A stretch of DNA of 64,000 nt from Octopus vulgaris (Eukaryota). The notes beneath the pieces were generated by a model. The model was not told the origin of the DNA. It saw only the letters and a list, made by a program, of their open reading frames with translations, and ran no database searches. Within the stretch, counting starts at the first letter, position 1. Each line of letters opens with the position of its first letter. The position numbers and the translations under genes were made by a program. Location of the stretch: assembly GCA_951406725.2 (NCBI GenBank), contig OX597821.1, positions 73,842,001 to 73,906,000 of the forward strand. Direction: 5' to 3'. Positions 11,870 to 26,790 of this stretch are shown one piece after another.

Positions 11870-12690
11870 ATAGTGTTCCATTAATCTGGCAACCAGTAGT
11901 CCGGCAGGCCCGATGAGCCGGAATTTTTTTGGTTAATTTCGCATTTCCCAAATTGTTTTACGTAAGCATCGTCTTTAAACTTCATTTCACCATTGTTTGT
12001 ATTCTGGCTGAAAATAGCAGAGGTAAGCACTGAAGTGTTCTGTTTTCACCTGCCCTTTTCTGTGCGTATATTGCATATCCATTATTGAAATGTTATCCAG
12101 TTCTTCTAAGAATTAATAATTTTATGAGGACATGGAAATAAATCATGTAACTCTTACAGAGCACCCGGAAATTGAAATAATACAGCATTTATTGTAAAGA
12201 GGCGAAAACTGAAAGATTGCATGTAAACATAACATAGGTTGCTTAACAATTTTTACCTTTAGAAAACAAAATGACGAGTTAATATCACTGATGAGTGCTT
12301 CAGAGACAAGTAAAGATGTTGATGTGCAGGAAACATTAAAAGAATACAAAAAAATGTTCAAAACGAAAGTGAAGTTAAGCTGTTTAGTGTAAAGTAATTC
12401 GAGATTACGCTAATTTTGGGACCACTGATCTTTAAAGGAACTAAGCGGTAACACAGAAAAATGGACTTTACAAAGATTTGTGTGTCTAAAATTGAGTGGT
12501 TTAAAACGTCAAAATTACGACGTGGCGATTGTAAATTTCATTTGTCTGGCGAAAAGTCTGCAGAGTCTGACGGTGTTGAAAAATTTGCTATCATATTTGG
12601 TGATCTGGCTAAAATCCTCGTAATTTTGTTGCTTTTTAAGATTGAACCCTACTACAGAAGTATATCTGATAATCCGACACTACCTAAGAC
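11870..12690 (+). pseudogene. Decayed Tigger/pogo-type DNA transposon (CENP-B-like HTH region)
   Basis: SKIEWFKTSKLRRGDCKFHLSGEKSAESDGVEKF resembles the pogo/Tigger motif S.GW..FK.RHGI....SGE..SAD....F. An upstream GPLI motif is present. Many stops; boundaries approximate. Confidence 0.5.
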
Positions 12691-12715
12691 ACAAAGTTAA
12701 CGAATTAACCCAATT

Positions 12716-12875
12716 TGAGTTCAAATTCTGCCGAGGTCGACTTTGCCTTTCATCCTTTCGGGGTCGATAAATTAAGTACCAATTACGCACTGGGTCGATG
12801 TAATAGACTTAATCCCTTTGTCTGTCCTTGTTTATTCCCTTTATGTTTAGCCCTTTGTGGGCAATAAAGAAATAG
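12716..12875 (+). mobile_element. 5'-truncated SINE family B with 14-bp TSD
   Basis: gaattaacccaatt at 12702-12715 and 12875-12888; core gtcgactttgcctttcatcctttcggggtcgataaattaagtacc. Confidence 0.9.
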
Positions 12876-13769
12876 AATTAACCCAATTGTACTGGATTTA
12901 GTAAAATACAGGATTATCCTGACAAGAATGTTTTTAAGGATTGGTCAATTTGATGAGTATTTGTAGCGCTCTTGTCGCAGAACGAGAAAATAAAGCAACT
13001 TCTATATGGTAGCTTGCCATGCTAGAAAGAGTAACTAAATCTTCCTCAAGCTCTCTGCAGTCTTGAAAAGGGATTCATTTAATAATGTAGTCTGAGAAAC
13101 ACTATTTCTGAAAATAAACAAAAGATGTGCAAAGAAGCAGCACATAAAAGCTTAGAGTCCGAGGCATTTGGCGTAAACAGGCGAAACATTTCTCTGTTGA
13201 TGAAGGACAAATTCCAAAACCTCCCACCAGGGAGTATACACTTACACCAGTTCACTACATCCCTGTTTATCAGGTCTATTAAATAGTCAATCACACTACC
13301 CAGTTGTTGTTTAGATATCTTGGTCAGCTGTCCCTGAAGGGATATATTATCCAACACCTTTCATCCACAAAACCGCCCTTTTCTCGGTTACTATGTAAAA
13401 TCACAGTTTTTTTCAATGTGGGCCTTTCTAATCAAGATAATTTAATGTATTTTGATGGAGAATTGGCTGTTATTTCTAGCAAGTAGAATGATCCCTCGCT
13501 GTCTCGCGTCGTGTACTTGAAGGCTGTGGTCATAATATATTGGACATAAAAGATTGTATCATTTCCAAACCAAATTCCACAATCGCTAAACATTGGGTAA
13601 TTTAGTTCAAGAGAGTCTAAAAGACAATGGGGTCATGTCGACGTCTTGTTGTTCTCAATAGATTCAGAAGAATAAAATTCTTCCAAACTTTCTCAGTCTG
13701 GTGACATAAAAAAAGCTGGAATTTGTTGACCCAGCCAGCCACAGTTGCGTCTGGTTTAGTTCAATGTCT

Positions 13770-14075
13770 TATTTTGTTTCAGTCATTAGATTGCGACCAT
13801 GTATTTATTTTTTTAAAGCGTGGTGCTTATTCTATCGATCTCTTTAACCGAACCACTAAGTTACGGGAACGTAAACACGCTAATACCGGTTGTGAAACAA
13901 ACACTCACATACCACGGGCTTGTTTCAGTTTCCATCTACCAAATCCACTCACAAAGCTTTTGTCGACCCGAGACTATAGTAGAAAACACTTTCCCAATGT
14001 GCCACATGGTGGGACTGATCCCAGAACCATGTGTTTGAGAAGCAAGCTTCTTACCACACAGCCCCACCCACGCCT
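13770..14075 (-). mobile_element. SINE family A, diverged
   Basis: Reverse-complement similarity to 2769-3187. Confidence 0.75.
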
Positions 14076-14471
14076 TGAACGGATATTTCCAAATAGTCTC
14101 TTTACCAAATACTCTTACCTGTTGCAAATCTGATTTGTTTAAAGTATCAACTAAATTAAAGTATTTTTTGTAAAACGGTTGAATATTTTACAAACTGGAC
14201 TAAAAAAAAATGTCCTAAAATCTCTTTCTCTGATTAATTCGTCACAAGCATTTCGTTTTAAATGCTCAGAACTTCATACGATGTCTCAGGACAACACTTC
14301 CTGTAATCGATTTCAATCGATTGCTGTGTGATAAATTCCGGTTGATTGTGTGTGTGTATGTGTGTGTGTATGTTTGTGTGTGTATGTATGTTTGCATGTG
14401 TGTATGTTTGCATCTGTGTATGTGTGTGCGTATGTTTGTGTGTGTGTATGTTTTTTTTTGTGTGTGTGTAT

Positions 14472-14797
14472 GTAGAGGCGCAATGGCCCAGAGGTAAGGG
14501 CAGCGGACACGCGGTCTTAGGATCGCGATTTCGATTCCTAGACCGGACGTTGTAAATGTTTCTTGAGTGAAAACACCTAAAGCTCCACGAGGATCCGTTT
14601 CTTCCTGTTTCTGTTGTACCTGTATTTGAAAGGGCAAGGCTTTTCTCACTCCGTGTCACGCTGAATCTTCCCGAGAACTACGTTAAGGGTACACGTGTCT
14701 GTGGAGTACTCAGCCACTTGCACGTTAATTTCACGAGCAGGCTGTTCTGTTGATCGGATCAACTGGAACCCCCGTCGTTGCAAACGACGGAATGCCA
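14472..14797 (+). mobile_element. tRNA-derived SINE family C (internal deletion)
   Basis: gaggcgcaatggcccag head; tail gtggagtactcagccacttgcacgttaatttcacgagcaggctgttc...gacggaatgcca; homologous to 40321 and 43383. Confidence 0.85.
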
Positions 14798-17660
14798 CTT
14801 ACACACACACACACACAATATATATATATGTATGTATGTATATAAACTGATTGTACATCCATCAATACAAACAAACCACTTATTCATGGATTCCAGAAGT
14901 AATCCTATATTCATAGAATCAACAGACTATGAGGATGGGCGAAGTGCCGCTAAGCATTTTGCCCGGCGCGGTAACGATTCTGCCAGCTCATCGTCTTATA
15001 AAAGAACATAATATCGATTTCAAAATTTGGCACAAAGCCAGTAATTTCAAAGGAAGGTGTAAGTCGGTTATGTCGCTCAAATGGTACTTATTTCATCGAC
15101 CCCGAAACGATGAAAAGCAAAATCGACCTAGGCGGGATTTGAACTTGGAATGTAAAGACGGATGAAAGGACGCTAAACATTTCGTTCGGTGTGCTAACGA
15201 TTCCATTCGCCTAATCAAAGAACGGAATATTAGCAAGAACTTATAACCGAAATCCTATTACTTGTATTCGGTTCTTCGAAATTTTACATTTCTTCTGTAT
15301 GTTCGTTCTTCTCTCCCCAGATATTCCAAAACTAATATAACACAAATTATATATCCCAGCGTTCATTGCTCCCCTATTTCACCGTGAAATTAGTTAATAA
15401 CGAACTTAAAATATGGCGCTTTGGGAGTTAAAATGTATATAATTCCATTAAGAAATATTCCAATCTTGCAATGATGATCTTGAGAAAAGGTTATAAAGTT
15501 AATTGCCGGCAAATGACATAAATTTATCTGCCTCTATATTACTAATAAGTTGTAAGCAATATGAAAATTGGATTTCTCTTTTGATGGAGTGTTAGTTACT
15601 TTTAGGAGTTCAATAAAAGGTTACTGGGTTATTATGTAACGGTTTTACTTTTATAGTAGATGTAGGGTGGGGCTGGAAATGGTTTCAGGGTTTAGATTCA
15701 AATACTTTTATTAAAGTCACCTTTGCTGATTAGCAATTTATGCTAAAATTGAAATTGTAATAACATTGTAAATCTCAGCTAAATTAGTTTCATCTTTGGA
15801 ACGCTAACGGCAACTAACAAGTCGACATGTTTCAACTGTTGTACATTCGAGAAAATATCGAAGCAATTTACTGCGATCATACAACCCAGCTATTACTTGT
15901 TACTCGAGTAAATAATTCTTTGAAGAAACTACTATTGGGGTGGGGGGTTCAATCGACCTGCTGAAAATGGTAGCCAAATCTTCATCAGATGACATCTCAA
16001 AAGAAAGAAATGACTAGATTATACAATGTGGTTCTTGATATTTTAAAAATAATTAGTTGTTCAGTGAGAAGTTATCAGGAGCTAAACATCACCATCACCA
16101 CCATCATCATCATCATCAACCCTCCCAAAGTCTTTCAATTTCTTTTGGCACCACTGACAAACATCAAAACCAGATTCTCTGATATGGGTTCATAAGCACT
16201 ACTTATTGCACCAATCACACAGATTCCTAGTCATGAAGGATCTGCAGACATTCACGAAGTTAAGGCAACAGTCCTTCTTTACTGTCCATTCCCACTGTAA
16301 ATCTTTATGGAAAAAAAATGTGTTCTTGCTGCCGTTCTATAAATCCAAAATTCTTTGATAAAATTCCGCACTTACAAAACATTCCTTTTCTCTTTCACTA
16401 GTTTAACTCCGGCCATGTTGGGGTACCGACTAGGAGCGTTCAGTCAGGGATATTGAACTACAGTACTTTGTGTGATATGTTTTATTGACCCCAGAAGGAA
16501 CGAAGGCAGAGTTAACCTTGCTTAAATTTGAACTCACAAAAGCATATGTAGAGTAAAGAAACATAATTGCTACGAATTATTTTGTTTGAGTTTTACCATT
16601 TCTACCATTCCATCGTCCAAAGCAACTTTTTCGTTTCATTTCTTTCACCTATCATGACTTTACACCATTTCTCTTTTATCTTCTCTAGTAATCTTAAGAA
16701 ATTGGTACAAAAGCAGCAGCGGCAGCAGTAGTAGTAGCAGCGGCGGCAGCATATGTAGCAGTAACTGTATCAGCGATTAGTGAACTAAGATGCTCCTATA
16801 CGATTTCTTGTTCTGCTAAACATAACAGTCAAATCTCTCATATCATAGCTTAATATTTCTAAAAAAAAAAAAAAGAAAAAAGGAAGAATACGGTGGACAA
16901 CGGCATCTTTGATATACAAAATGAAGGAACTGTCACGACTGGAAGCTCTTTCATCATAAGTCTATTCCAAAAACTGACTTGGTGTTAAACTATGGACAAC
17001 AACAGGATATCGTTGACTGGATACGAACGATTGAGTTCATGGCTTGCTACGCAACACTGTTTACCTGGTGACACAACCTGTAATCGACTTATACCAGACA
17101 AGCCTGGATATTTATCATCGTTGTATTATTTTCAAATTCCGTCCGGGGTCATCCTGGTTTTAATTTTTTTTCAGGGTCATTAAATTAAAGTAACAATCAA
17201 GCACTGAACGCTTTGATGATAAAACCTATATCCACCCCATTTTAGGCTTTCTATCGATAACAGAAATGATTGTTTTTGCTATCGTTGTAAATGATGATGA
17301 TGATGATGTAGGTGTTTATAATGAGCAGATGTATCATGCAGACCTCTTCAAGTAGAAAAGTCCAGGTTTTGCTTCTTGTAAATGTCTTAATATTGTTATC
17401 AATTCTTGGAAGTTTTGATTGTCCAGTGAGGTATTGTCTTCGAACACTTTTATGCAGTATATTCTATAAGATCAAATTTATTCGCTTCGTAATATCGTTT
17501 TATTCCTTTACTGTTCATCTTCAGTGCCAGTTCTGTCATGTCTGTGGATGTTTTATATCTTGGCTAGAAGTGGACTTCCGGAAAAAATGTGATTTATTGC
17601 ATATTCCGGATCTCCATATTTGCTGTGATATTATTATTATTATCATTATTATTGCTGTTG

Positions 17661-17975
17661 TTGAGTTCAAATTCCTTGCGGTCGACTTTGCCTTTCATTC
17701 TTTCGGGGTCGATAAATTAAGTACCAGTGAAATTCTCGGGTCAATGTAATCGACTAGTCCCCCCCCCCACAGCCAAAAACTTCAGGCCTTGTGCCTATAA
17801 TAGAAAAAAACTTATTATTATTATTGTTGAGTTCAACTTCCGCCGAGGTCGACTTTACCATTCATTCTTTCGGGATCAATTAAATAAGTACCAGTTACGC
17901 ATTGGGGTCGACGTAATCGGCTTACCCCTTTCCCAAATATTTCAAGCCTTGTGCCTATAACAGAAACGATTATTA
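17661..17975 (+). mobile_element. Two tandem 5'-truncated SINE-B copies with the alternative tail (ggccttgtgcctata + (att)n)
   Basis: Both begin at tgagttcaa and contain the family-B core. Confidence 0.8.
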
Positions 17976-18604
17976 TTATTATTATTGTTGTTGTTGTAAA
18001 TACAGCAGTTATAAAATCTGCGCGCGCGGGAGTAAAAGAAAAGAAAATAGTGAACCAAAAAAGACAATGCTATTAATAATGATGTTGTTATGAAATGTGA
18101 AAAGACAATGGAATAAAGTATTGTGAAATTGTCAGTTAGAAACGAGTGACAAACAGAAAATGGCGTTGTCTATAAGGTCGGCCATATTTACTTTCAAACT
18201 TCAACTCTACATCGCCGCCATTTTCTCAAGTATTGATCGCTTTCACAATGTGGCCTCCTCTCTAACAACTTGTAACAATGCATACAAAGTTTGTTTCTGC
18301 AAAAGCAATTGTACCTGAATAAATATATGCAGGGTTTAATGAGCGTATGCCTCTGTAGAAGTGCATCTATCTATAAATAATAGCTTCATTAGTATGCATA
18401 TAGGCTTGCAAGCAGTGAAACGAACATTGCAGAACCACGTGCACACACCCCTTCACACACACACACACACACAGGCACACACATACACAAGCACTCATAG
18501 AGAGAATGGACGAAGGAAAGTGAAACGCAGACATAAATATAATTATGCATATTTATGTGTGCACAATATACTATCTATAACTGTTTCCCCCTCTCTCTCT
18601 TTCT

Positions 18605-18643
<39 letters not shown>

Positions 18644-19488
18644 TCAATGTATGTGTGTGTGTGTGTGTCTGTGGCCATTAACGCCCATACACACACACAC
18701 ACACACTCGTGTATTTCCAAAATGTATGCAAAACTGCTTGTGTGAGTAGACACACAGATATTGTTTCAGAGAGCCGTGTGTTAATTTGCATTTGTCTAAA
18801 GATAAGGTAAGACGTACAAGAATATTTAAATAAGAACCAAATTTCGGCAAGATATACACACATAAAAAACAAAAAGATTCTCGAAGAAGAATAAGTCCAG
18901 ATGAATATTTTCGCCAATATTTATTATTTATTATTATTTTTTCGTAAAAATAGAAGAGAGAATGAAAAATAGGTGCCCGATGGTTCTAAAAGAGGTCGGG
19001 AGAAGACTCCAATAGGTGAATGTTGTAATCATGGTTTTTAATCAGTAAAATATGGTAAATGGGATAATATATTGTAATGTTATGGAGATAGCTGGCGAAT
19101 GCTTTAACTACATATTAATCATTGCTATTTATTATATTCCAGCTTTGATAACGGCAATGGCTAAACAGTGTATCTATTATAAAAATTGGAATAATATGTC
19201 TATATTTATGGGAAATTTGTGTTGAGAATGACTTCTGAAAATGATAATCTGACATTTATTAGAATATATTGAAACGATTTGAAGGATAGGAGGAAAAATG
19301 CCACAAGCATTTTATACTGTGTGTCAGTCTATTTTTATTGGGATTGTTAGTAAAAAGAGCACTGTACCTCAGAAAGATCAGGTCAGCATGAACGGAGGAT
19401 AATAGATTACAAAAGAATATGTGTGTGCGCTTGTGTGTAGACACATGTATACACACACGCACGCACACACAGATATGTATGTGTATAT

Positions 19489-19530
<42 letters not shown>

Positions 19531-19663
19531 AATCCAATATGTATATACACATACACATGTATATGTATGTGTGTGTATTCCAATAATATTTCGATGTATC
19601 AACACTTTCTCCTTGATACATATCCGTACTTACGTACATACATGCATACACATATATACACAC

Positions 19664-19701
<38 letters not shown>

Positions 19702-21023
19702 TTATACGCACAAATATGTCTATGTACTTGTGTGCGCACCTACCTGCCTACATATAATGTGCTTGTATGTGTGTGTGTGTGTGTAAAGAAGGAATATTGG
19801 TAAATGGAGATATTGTATGAAGAATATTTAGCATTGTTGGGCATTAACAAAAGTAATCTACATAGTCTCTGGACAAGAATTTTCAAAAGTGTATATTTGT
19901 AGTTAATTTTAATAGCGACACACTTCGATGTTTGTCTACGAGAGAATATGAATTGTATTAAATAGAAAAGAAATATTAACAGAGAGAAACAGTTTTAGAA
20001 GAAAAAGAAAGGTAAACTAGATCGTTTTCATTTTATTCTACCATAAATCTCTACTAATACATGCAAATATTTTAATTTCGCTGTCTGATTCTTCAACATG
20101 TTCCAGCTTCCATATATGCATATACATTAGCTGGCTTTCATGTGAGGATGTACGGCGGAGACTGAGAAACATAAGAGAACCAACACAAAATGGGTCAATG
20201 AAAACCAAAGCTTAATGAGGAACATCGCTAAACTTTCAAGTTCATTTTAAAATTCACAGAGAATGTCAAGAAAATCCGTGAGTAGATGGACGTGAATATC
20301 ACAAGTGCATAAATAAATAATGACTGGCTAATACCATGGTTGCTGTTAAGAGCTATTTATGCACATGCAGATCATCTTTGAGGCAGATTTGAATGACTAA
20401 ATAACAATTAGCGGAAATCGTCAATCAGAAGGCCTTCAATATACAACGAAGCATCGCTGGAATTAGTCGCGAGACAAATCTTCTGTAGAAAATAATATAC
20501 ATTATACATGATTTTGTCGCTGCTCTGACGTGGTCGTAAACGTTACTAGGCCTCTGGCGCCTTCATATGGCCTATCGGAAAGAAGAAAACCAACGGATTT
20601 GAAAACAGCCGACATATTCTGAGCTGCTGGTTTTGCTCTCATAAAATGTTCGAGACGGAGAGGAAAACATCGAGTGACCATGTTATACTAGATCTAATCA
20701 ATTTGATCATTGGGATTTTCCAAGTCGGCGACTTTTCTTGAAGGATTCTTTCTTAGTTTGATTCCCCTTTTCTTTTCAACAACAACAACAACAAAACAAT
20801 ACAGCAGCCGTTATTATAGATGCGAGATTTATCCCTTGGCATCACTCTGCAAATACCCCCGGAGAATCCATCATTTTCATTTTTTCAGTCGGGATATTAC
20901 GATGTAATTCCACAGACAGGCGTCACTTTATTATATAATGTCAGACATATTCCGCAACATAACCATTATATAGTATTAACTGTCTAGGAATATACAACAC
21001 ACACACACACATAACATGCACAA

Positions 21024-21056
<33 letters not shown>

Positions 21057-21081
21057 TGTATTTACATTTACACATCTCTAC

Positions 21082-21133
<52 letters not shown>

Positions 21134-21904
21134 TATATGTATGTATGAACGATAAGACATTATGTGGTAAAAAAAAAGAAGCTCCGCTGGTCAGATTCTT
21201 CGTTAACCCCTGGATGTATTTCAAAAGTTATAGGAACTAACGAACCGTCATTACATAATGACTAGCAGAAAATTGGAAATATTCGGAGTTTACCGAGCCG
21301 TCGTCTTACAATGACCGGATGTGTGGATCATTTTACTGTCACGTGGATTAGCTGTTAAGGAGTCGTTATGGCAGGTTGGTATATTGGTAGCTTGATTTTA
21401 TTTCGATGTCTGTCAAGTCTGCCTGTCTCTTTTTTTTTCTCTCTCTCTGTATATATACATATATATGCACATATATAGACACATATAAACATACACATAA
21501 ATATATGTACATATATACATACATACAAGCACATGTACTCACATTTTTTTTTATAATAGAAACTTTCTCTCTCTCTCGCCCTCTCTAAATACACACACAT
21601 ACACACAGACAAATGTGTAAATATTTGTTGATTCACTAAATTATAGGACTCAATACATAACTGCAGAGTATTCTTTGATACATTGTAACCGAAATTCTCC
21701 AATGTCTAATACTGTGAGTCACGCGTTTCCAGTCATTCAGCTGATGACCGGAGTCCGTTTCTCCTTGAAATAATTCTTTGAACATGAAGGAACCGCTTAT
21801 CTCTTTTCATATACTTAAAAAGATATTTGAATGTTTGAGTATAATTTGTACGCAGCACATGGAAACGTTCGATTCTTTCTTTCTCTCTCTCAACGCATAT
21901 ATAG

Positions 21905-22085
<181 letters not shown>

Positions 22086-22289
22086 TCTTCTCTCTTGGTA
22101 AATCTCTTTCGTATTGAATATATTTTCTGCCTCTCTGTGTAGTCATTCTTTTGTTTTGTTTTTTTTTTGCTGAGGATTAACTTAGAACGAACAATAGTTA
22201 CCTCTGTGTTGTTGCTGTTGTAGCAGTTGCTGTCCGTATGTTATATCCTCGGGTGCAAAATAATCCCTTCTTTGGTCACTTTATAACGT

Positions 22290-22745
22290 ATTAGTTTCAA
22301 ATTTCGGCACGACAGCCATTCCATGTGACGGGTAAATCGATTACATCAACCCCAGTTCACAGCTGGTATTTGTTTCATCGACCTCGAAAGGATGAAAGGC
22401 AAAGTCAACACTGGTGGCTTTTGAATTCAGAACTTAAATCCGGACGAAACGCCGCAGAGCATTTTGTCCGGCATGCTAACGATTGTACCAGCTCGCCTCC
22501 TTTTTAATAATAATAATGGTTTCAAATTTTAGCTCAAGGCCAACAGGTTTAGAGAGAGAGTGTAAGCCGATTAATCAACCCAAGTATACAGCTGGTATTT
22601 ACTTGATCGACCCCGAAAGGATCAAAGATGAAAACGAAGTCGACCTCGGAGCAAGCTGAACTGAAAACACAAACACGGACGAAATGCCGCTCAGCATTTT
22701 GTTCGGTGTGTTAAAGATTCCGCCAGCTCTCCGCCTTAGGCAGCA
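22290..22745 (-). mobile_element. Two diverged SINE-B copies
   Basis: cgaaaggatgaaaggcaaagtc core and gccagctc..gcc head, present twice. Confidence 0.75.
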
Positions 22746-23106
22746 TTTAGATAGTGATGCATAATGCTCACCGTCAATTTTCGGGTTCAATGCATGGCTA
22801 ATGCCTAAAAAACAAAATTTCTAAATCAAATAATAACGACAGTATTTAGAAATATTCTTTTCTGCTGTAGGCACAAGGCCCGAAATTTTGTTAACCACAA
22901 AACCCTTCGTTCTTACACTTGTCTCTCCAGTCTACACCTTTAGCAATAAACTAACACAAAAATAATATTATACATATATATATATGTACATATACATACA
23001 TATATATATATATATATAAACACACACACATTATATATATATATATACACACACACATTATATATATATATATACACACACACACATTATATATATACAC
23101 ACACAT

Positions 23107-23142
<36 letters not shown>

Positions 23143-23223
23143 TTATATATATATATATACACACACACACATTATATATATATATATATACACACACACA
23201 CATTATATATATATATATATATA

Positions 23224-23455
23224 TAAGGCGAACTGGCAGAACTGTTAGCACGCCGGGCGAAATGCTTAGCAGTATTTCGTCTGCCGATACGTTCTGGGTT
23301 CAAATTCCGCCGAGGTCGACTTTGCCTTTCATCCTTTCGGGGTCGATGAATTAAGTACCAGTTACTCACTGGGGTCGATGTAACCGACTTAATCCCTTTG
23401 TCTGTCCTTGTTTGTTCCCTCTATGTTTAGCCCCTTGTGGGCAGTAAAGAAATAT
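23224..23455 (+). mobile_element. Full-length SINE family B (tRNA head, Meta-domain-like core)
   Basis: aaggcgaactggcagaactgttagc head, gggttcaaattcc B-box, core gtcgactttgcctttcatcctttcggggtcgatgaattaagtaccag (resembles the MetaSINE/Sauria-type conserved domain), tail ccccttgtgggcagtaaagaaata. Confidence 0.9.
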
Positions 23456-25820
23456 ATATATATATGTGTGTGTGTTACAAGGTATATATTATAACACATG
23501 ACCAGCTTTTTATTGATCTCACAGTAACATCCTCAAAAACAAAAACTGGGAACAATGATAACGGAGTCTTCAAAGTGGGACCAATCCCCGCTTGCTGGAA
23601 TCTCAAACTCCCATTCCAAGTGGAAGCGAATTTCCTTCCTGTGAATCCACGTAGGTTTCGCCAGTTAGGCACTGTTGAATAGTTTGTCGTTAGGTTTCCT
23701 TTTCTTGGTAGAGTCCTATGATAAAACTTGTTCCAATCTACCTCTGCCACCATTTTTAGAGGTGTCCAACTCTAAATTGTTCAATGGATCCTTCTCTTTT
23801 TGAAGAGAGTCGGAGGAACATGAAAGAATGCGTTGGTTATTTATTGGAATGGTAGTTGCGCTTCCGATCTCCTCTGACATTGCAAACCCAGGATCAAAGA
23901 CGTTCAAACCGTAATCACCTCATCTTTGTGTCCGCATATGTAAAACTACTTTATGCAATTTGGACTTCCTATATTAAAGAGGCGTGGCCGCTATTTTTAG
24001 AAGAACAAGCAACCACATAGAGTCCCGCCCATTACTGATGTTATTGTTTAGCCCCAGATCAAGAAGCTCGATCATCGAAAGCTATTGCAGCCGAGGCGAT
24101 TCATTTTTATATTTCAGAATTAAAAAAAAGTCTCGGATCAGATTCTCCAAAATGTCACCCTTGAAGAAGACAACAATTTAAGAAGATTTGGCTCCTCGTT
24201 TTTATTTTTAGTAGATCAAGTAACCACTGAGAGTCTCCCTCGTTAGTTGGTGTTCATTATTGGCTAAAAATGAAGTTTTATAATGTTACGATATGAAGGT
24301 GACAATTAAGAGACATCAGTTGTTTGAACCGACTTTTTCTACGTAAAAGAAATATGTAAAAGAAATAGCCCCTTTTTTTTAAAACCACAAATTGATACGA
24401 ATTGAGAAAGGTTGATGTTAACCGTTTCTTAGAAACTTTATCGCTGTTTGTGAGGTGATTTGATTTTTAGTAGATCTGACAAACAAAGGTTCTTAATGTG
24501 AGGTAAAATTCTGAATTTTTTAAATTGTTTTTTTTGAATAAATAATATCAGTGAACGACTAAATTCAAATATATTTTCTTTACCTTCTTTTGGTTCCTGG
24601 GTCGAGTGAGGAAGGATAACTTGTATTCAATACTAAAAGATCGCAAAATAGTTATGAAATATTTTTGGAAATTGTCGAAATAGAAAGGGAAATGTTCAAT
24701 ACCCTTTTTAGGTCCTTCATGATTGGTAAGACAACAGAGAGGATGGAAAGGCCACAATTCAGGCTGCTGTAGAAAGAAGTCACTGAACAGGAAAATGAGT
24801 TGTCTTTAGAGCTGGGCCTTTTTCTGAGGACTTTATTCGAAGTATGCAAGGACTTGGCGGATGTGTTAAACCTGTTAGGCTTATCTCAAAACAAAAACTA
24901 CAATTCAACCGATAAACTTCCACACAGTTTCCGTTAATCTAATTTCACTCGTGAGGCTTGGCGCAAACTAGAGATACTTGTTCAAGATTATAAACTGTTG
25001 GCATTCCAAACTACGTGGTGGCGAAGCAAAATTCTTAACCCCACATCCATGTCTTTGCCTGTGGTAACCCACGTGTTGCTTACACTGGGCATTATATGTG
25101 CCAGCCACTGAGGAATGGACTCTAACCTTGGTCATCGGAGGCCTTCCCATGCTCCCCGTTTCAACATCTGTAATTAGATATAAATAGGAAACAAAATAGG
25201 AGACAAATAATTCCAGAGGGTTTACACGGCTGGTTATAGGGATTGGATAGAAGAATTGACGAGAGACCAGGGGAGGGGTAAGACTGAGGATGAATGGCAA
25301 AAGGTTGACTGAGTGGGCCTCGAATGGGCCTCTGTATTGATAGCTAGTTACTCTATGGTTTAAAGGAGTGAATACCATATCAGTAGTGATAACAGACAGT
25401 AAAATAGACAGGCTGTTGGCGAGTTGCATTTTAGCCAATTATTATATTTAGCGCAGTATCATATTAAAAGCATATAAAACACGCACGTGTGTGTGTGTGT
25501 CAACGTGATTGACACGTGCGAGGGATTTAATTTCATTTAATACCAAGTAAAAGGTTTCTCTGAGTTTCCTAGAAGGACTGGAGTGTCGGTTATATCGGGG
25601 TTTACCTCCAATCTTTTAAAGATACTAATGCATTTAATATTTATGAAATTAATTCTTTTTCTCTAAAATGAAGCTCTTGTCAGTTGAAATTTACTATAAC
25701 CTATCAACTCTACATCAGTTTATAATTGGTACTTAATTCATCGATTGTGATGAACTATATGCAACCTTGAGCTTGACAGATCTAAGTCCCGAGCCGATCC
25801 TTCCATATTAAATGCCAGAA

Positions 25821-26030
25821 TAAGGCGGCGAGCTGGCAGAATCGTTAGCATCTCAGGTGAATACTTAACGGCATTTCGTCCGTTGCTACGTTCTGAATTC
25901 GAATTCCGTCGAGGTTGACTTTGCCTTTCATCTTTTCGGTTAAAATAAGTACCAGGTGTGTACTGGGGTCGATATAATCAATTTACACCCTACTCCAAAA
26001 TTGCTGACCTTGTGCCCAAATTTGAAATCA
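25821..26030 (+). mobile_element. SINE family B, alternative tail
   Basis: aaggcggcgagctggcagaatcgttagc head plus core. Confidence 0.85.
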
Positions 26031-26614
26031 ATATTAAGTGCCAGTTCAATGCTCCTTGCTGGGACTGTAGATGATAAACAGAGCAGATAAAGACTTATGA
26101 TGATATTACAATACAACCGGACTGAAAATAAAATATAATTTCGTCTTTGACCCTGATTTATTGTCATTGCTGTTTTTTATCTCAAAGTTTGCCCAAATCC
26201 ATCTTATCTCTGAGCAAATGATTTTAGCAATGGCCATCCTGTCTTTTTTAGGCATGATTTATATAGGAATACATTATTCAATGTATTCTTCTATTTTGGA
26301 AAGAAAGAGTATATTTTGAAAGAGGTTTACTTGTTATTTTTAGCGAAGTCAACCAACCATAGGGGCTTTTTTATAATTTGGAAACCTAATCGAAAAATAA
26401 CCTAATCTTAGAAAGCGGTGGAATTGACAAATAATCCAGGATAAGCCGTCTAAATTCATTGCTATTACATCATGATCTGATGTACCTTTGTACAAGGTGG
26501 ACAACGCCAGCGATAGAGCAGCATTACGATCGGATAGAAACTGCTATATCTTTATAAATCAGTAACAACTGAAAACTATTTCGCACACATTATTAACCAG
26601 CAAACTAATGTGTT

Positions 26615-26790
26615 TAGTCGGCCTGCTAGAAATAGCAGCCAAATCTCATAATTACACGTCTGAATAGTAAATGAGGAAAGATAATGTAATCGCAAATGTG
26701 GCCACCTCCACCCAAATACGGACGTGCAGGCTAGAACATCTTTGATTAGAGGTCAACTGGATCAGGCCGACCCGAGGTTAAACAACGACA
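26615..26790 (+). mobile_element. Old interspersed repeat family E (representative copy)
   Basis: cctgctagaaatagcagccaaatctc...gacccgaggttaaacaac. Related degenerate copies lie near 15950, 16800, 23985(-), 26170(-), 28490, 28900 and 56490. Confidence 0.6.

Noticed and set aside
17300-17620. Possible decayed LINE coding fragment on the minus strand
   Set aside because: No motif I can identify confidently; needs BLASTx.
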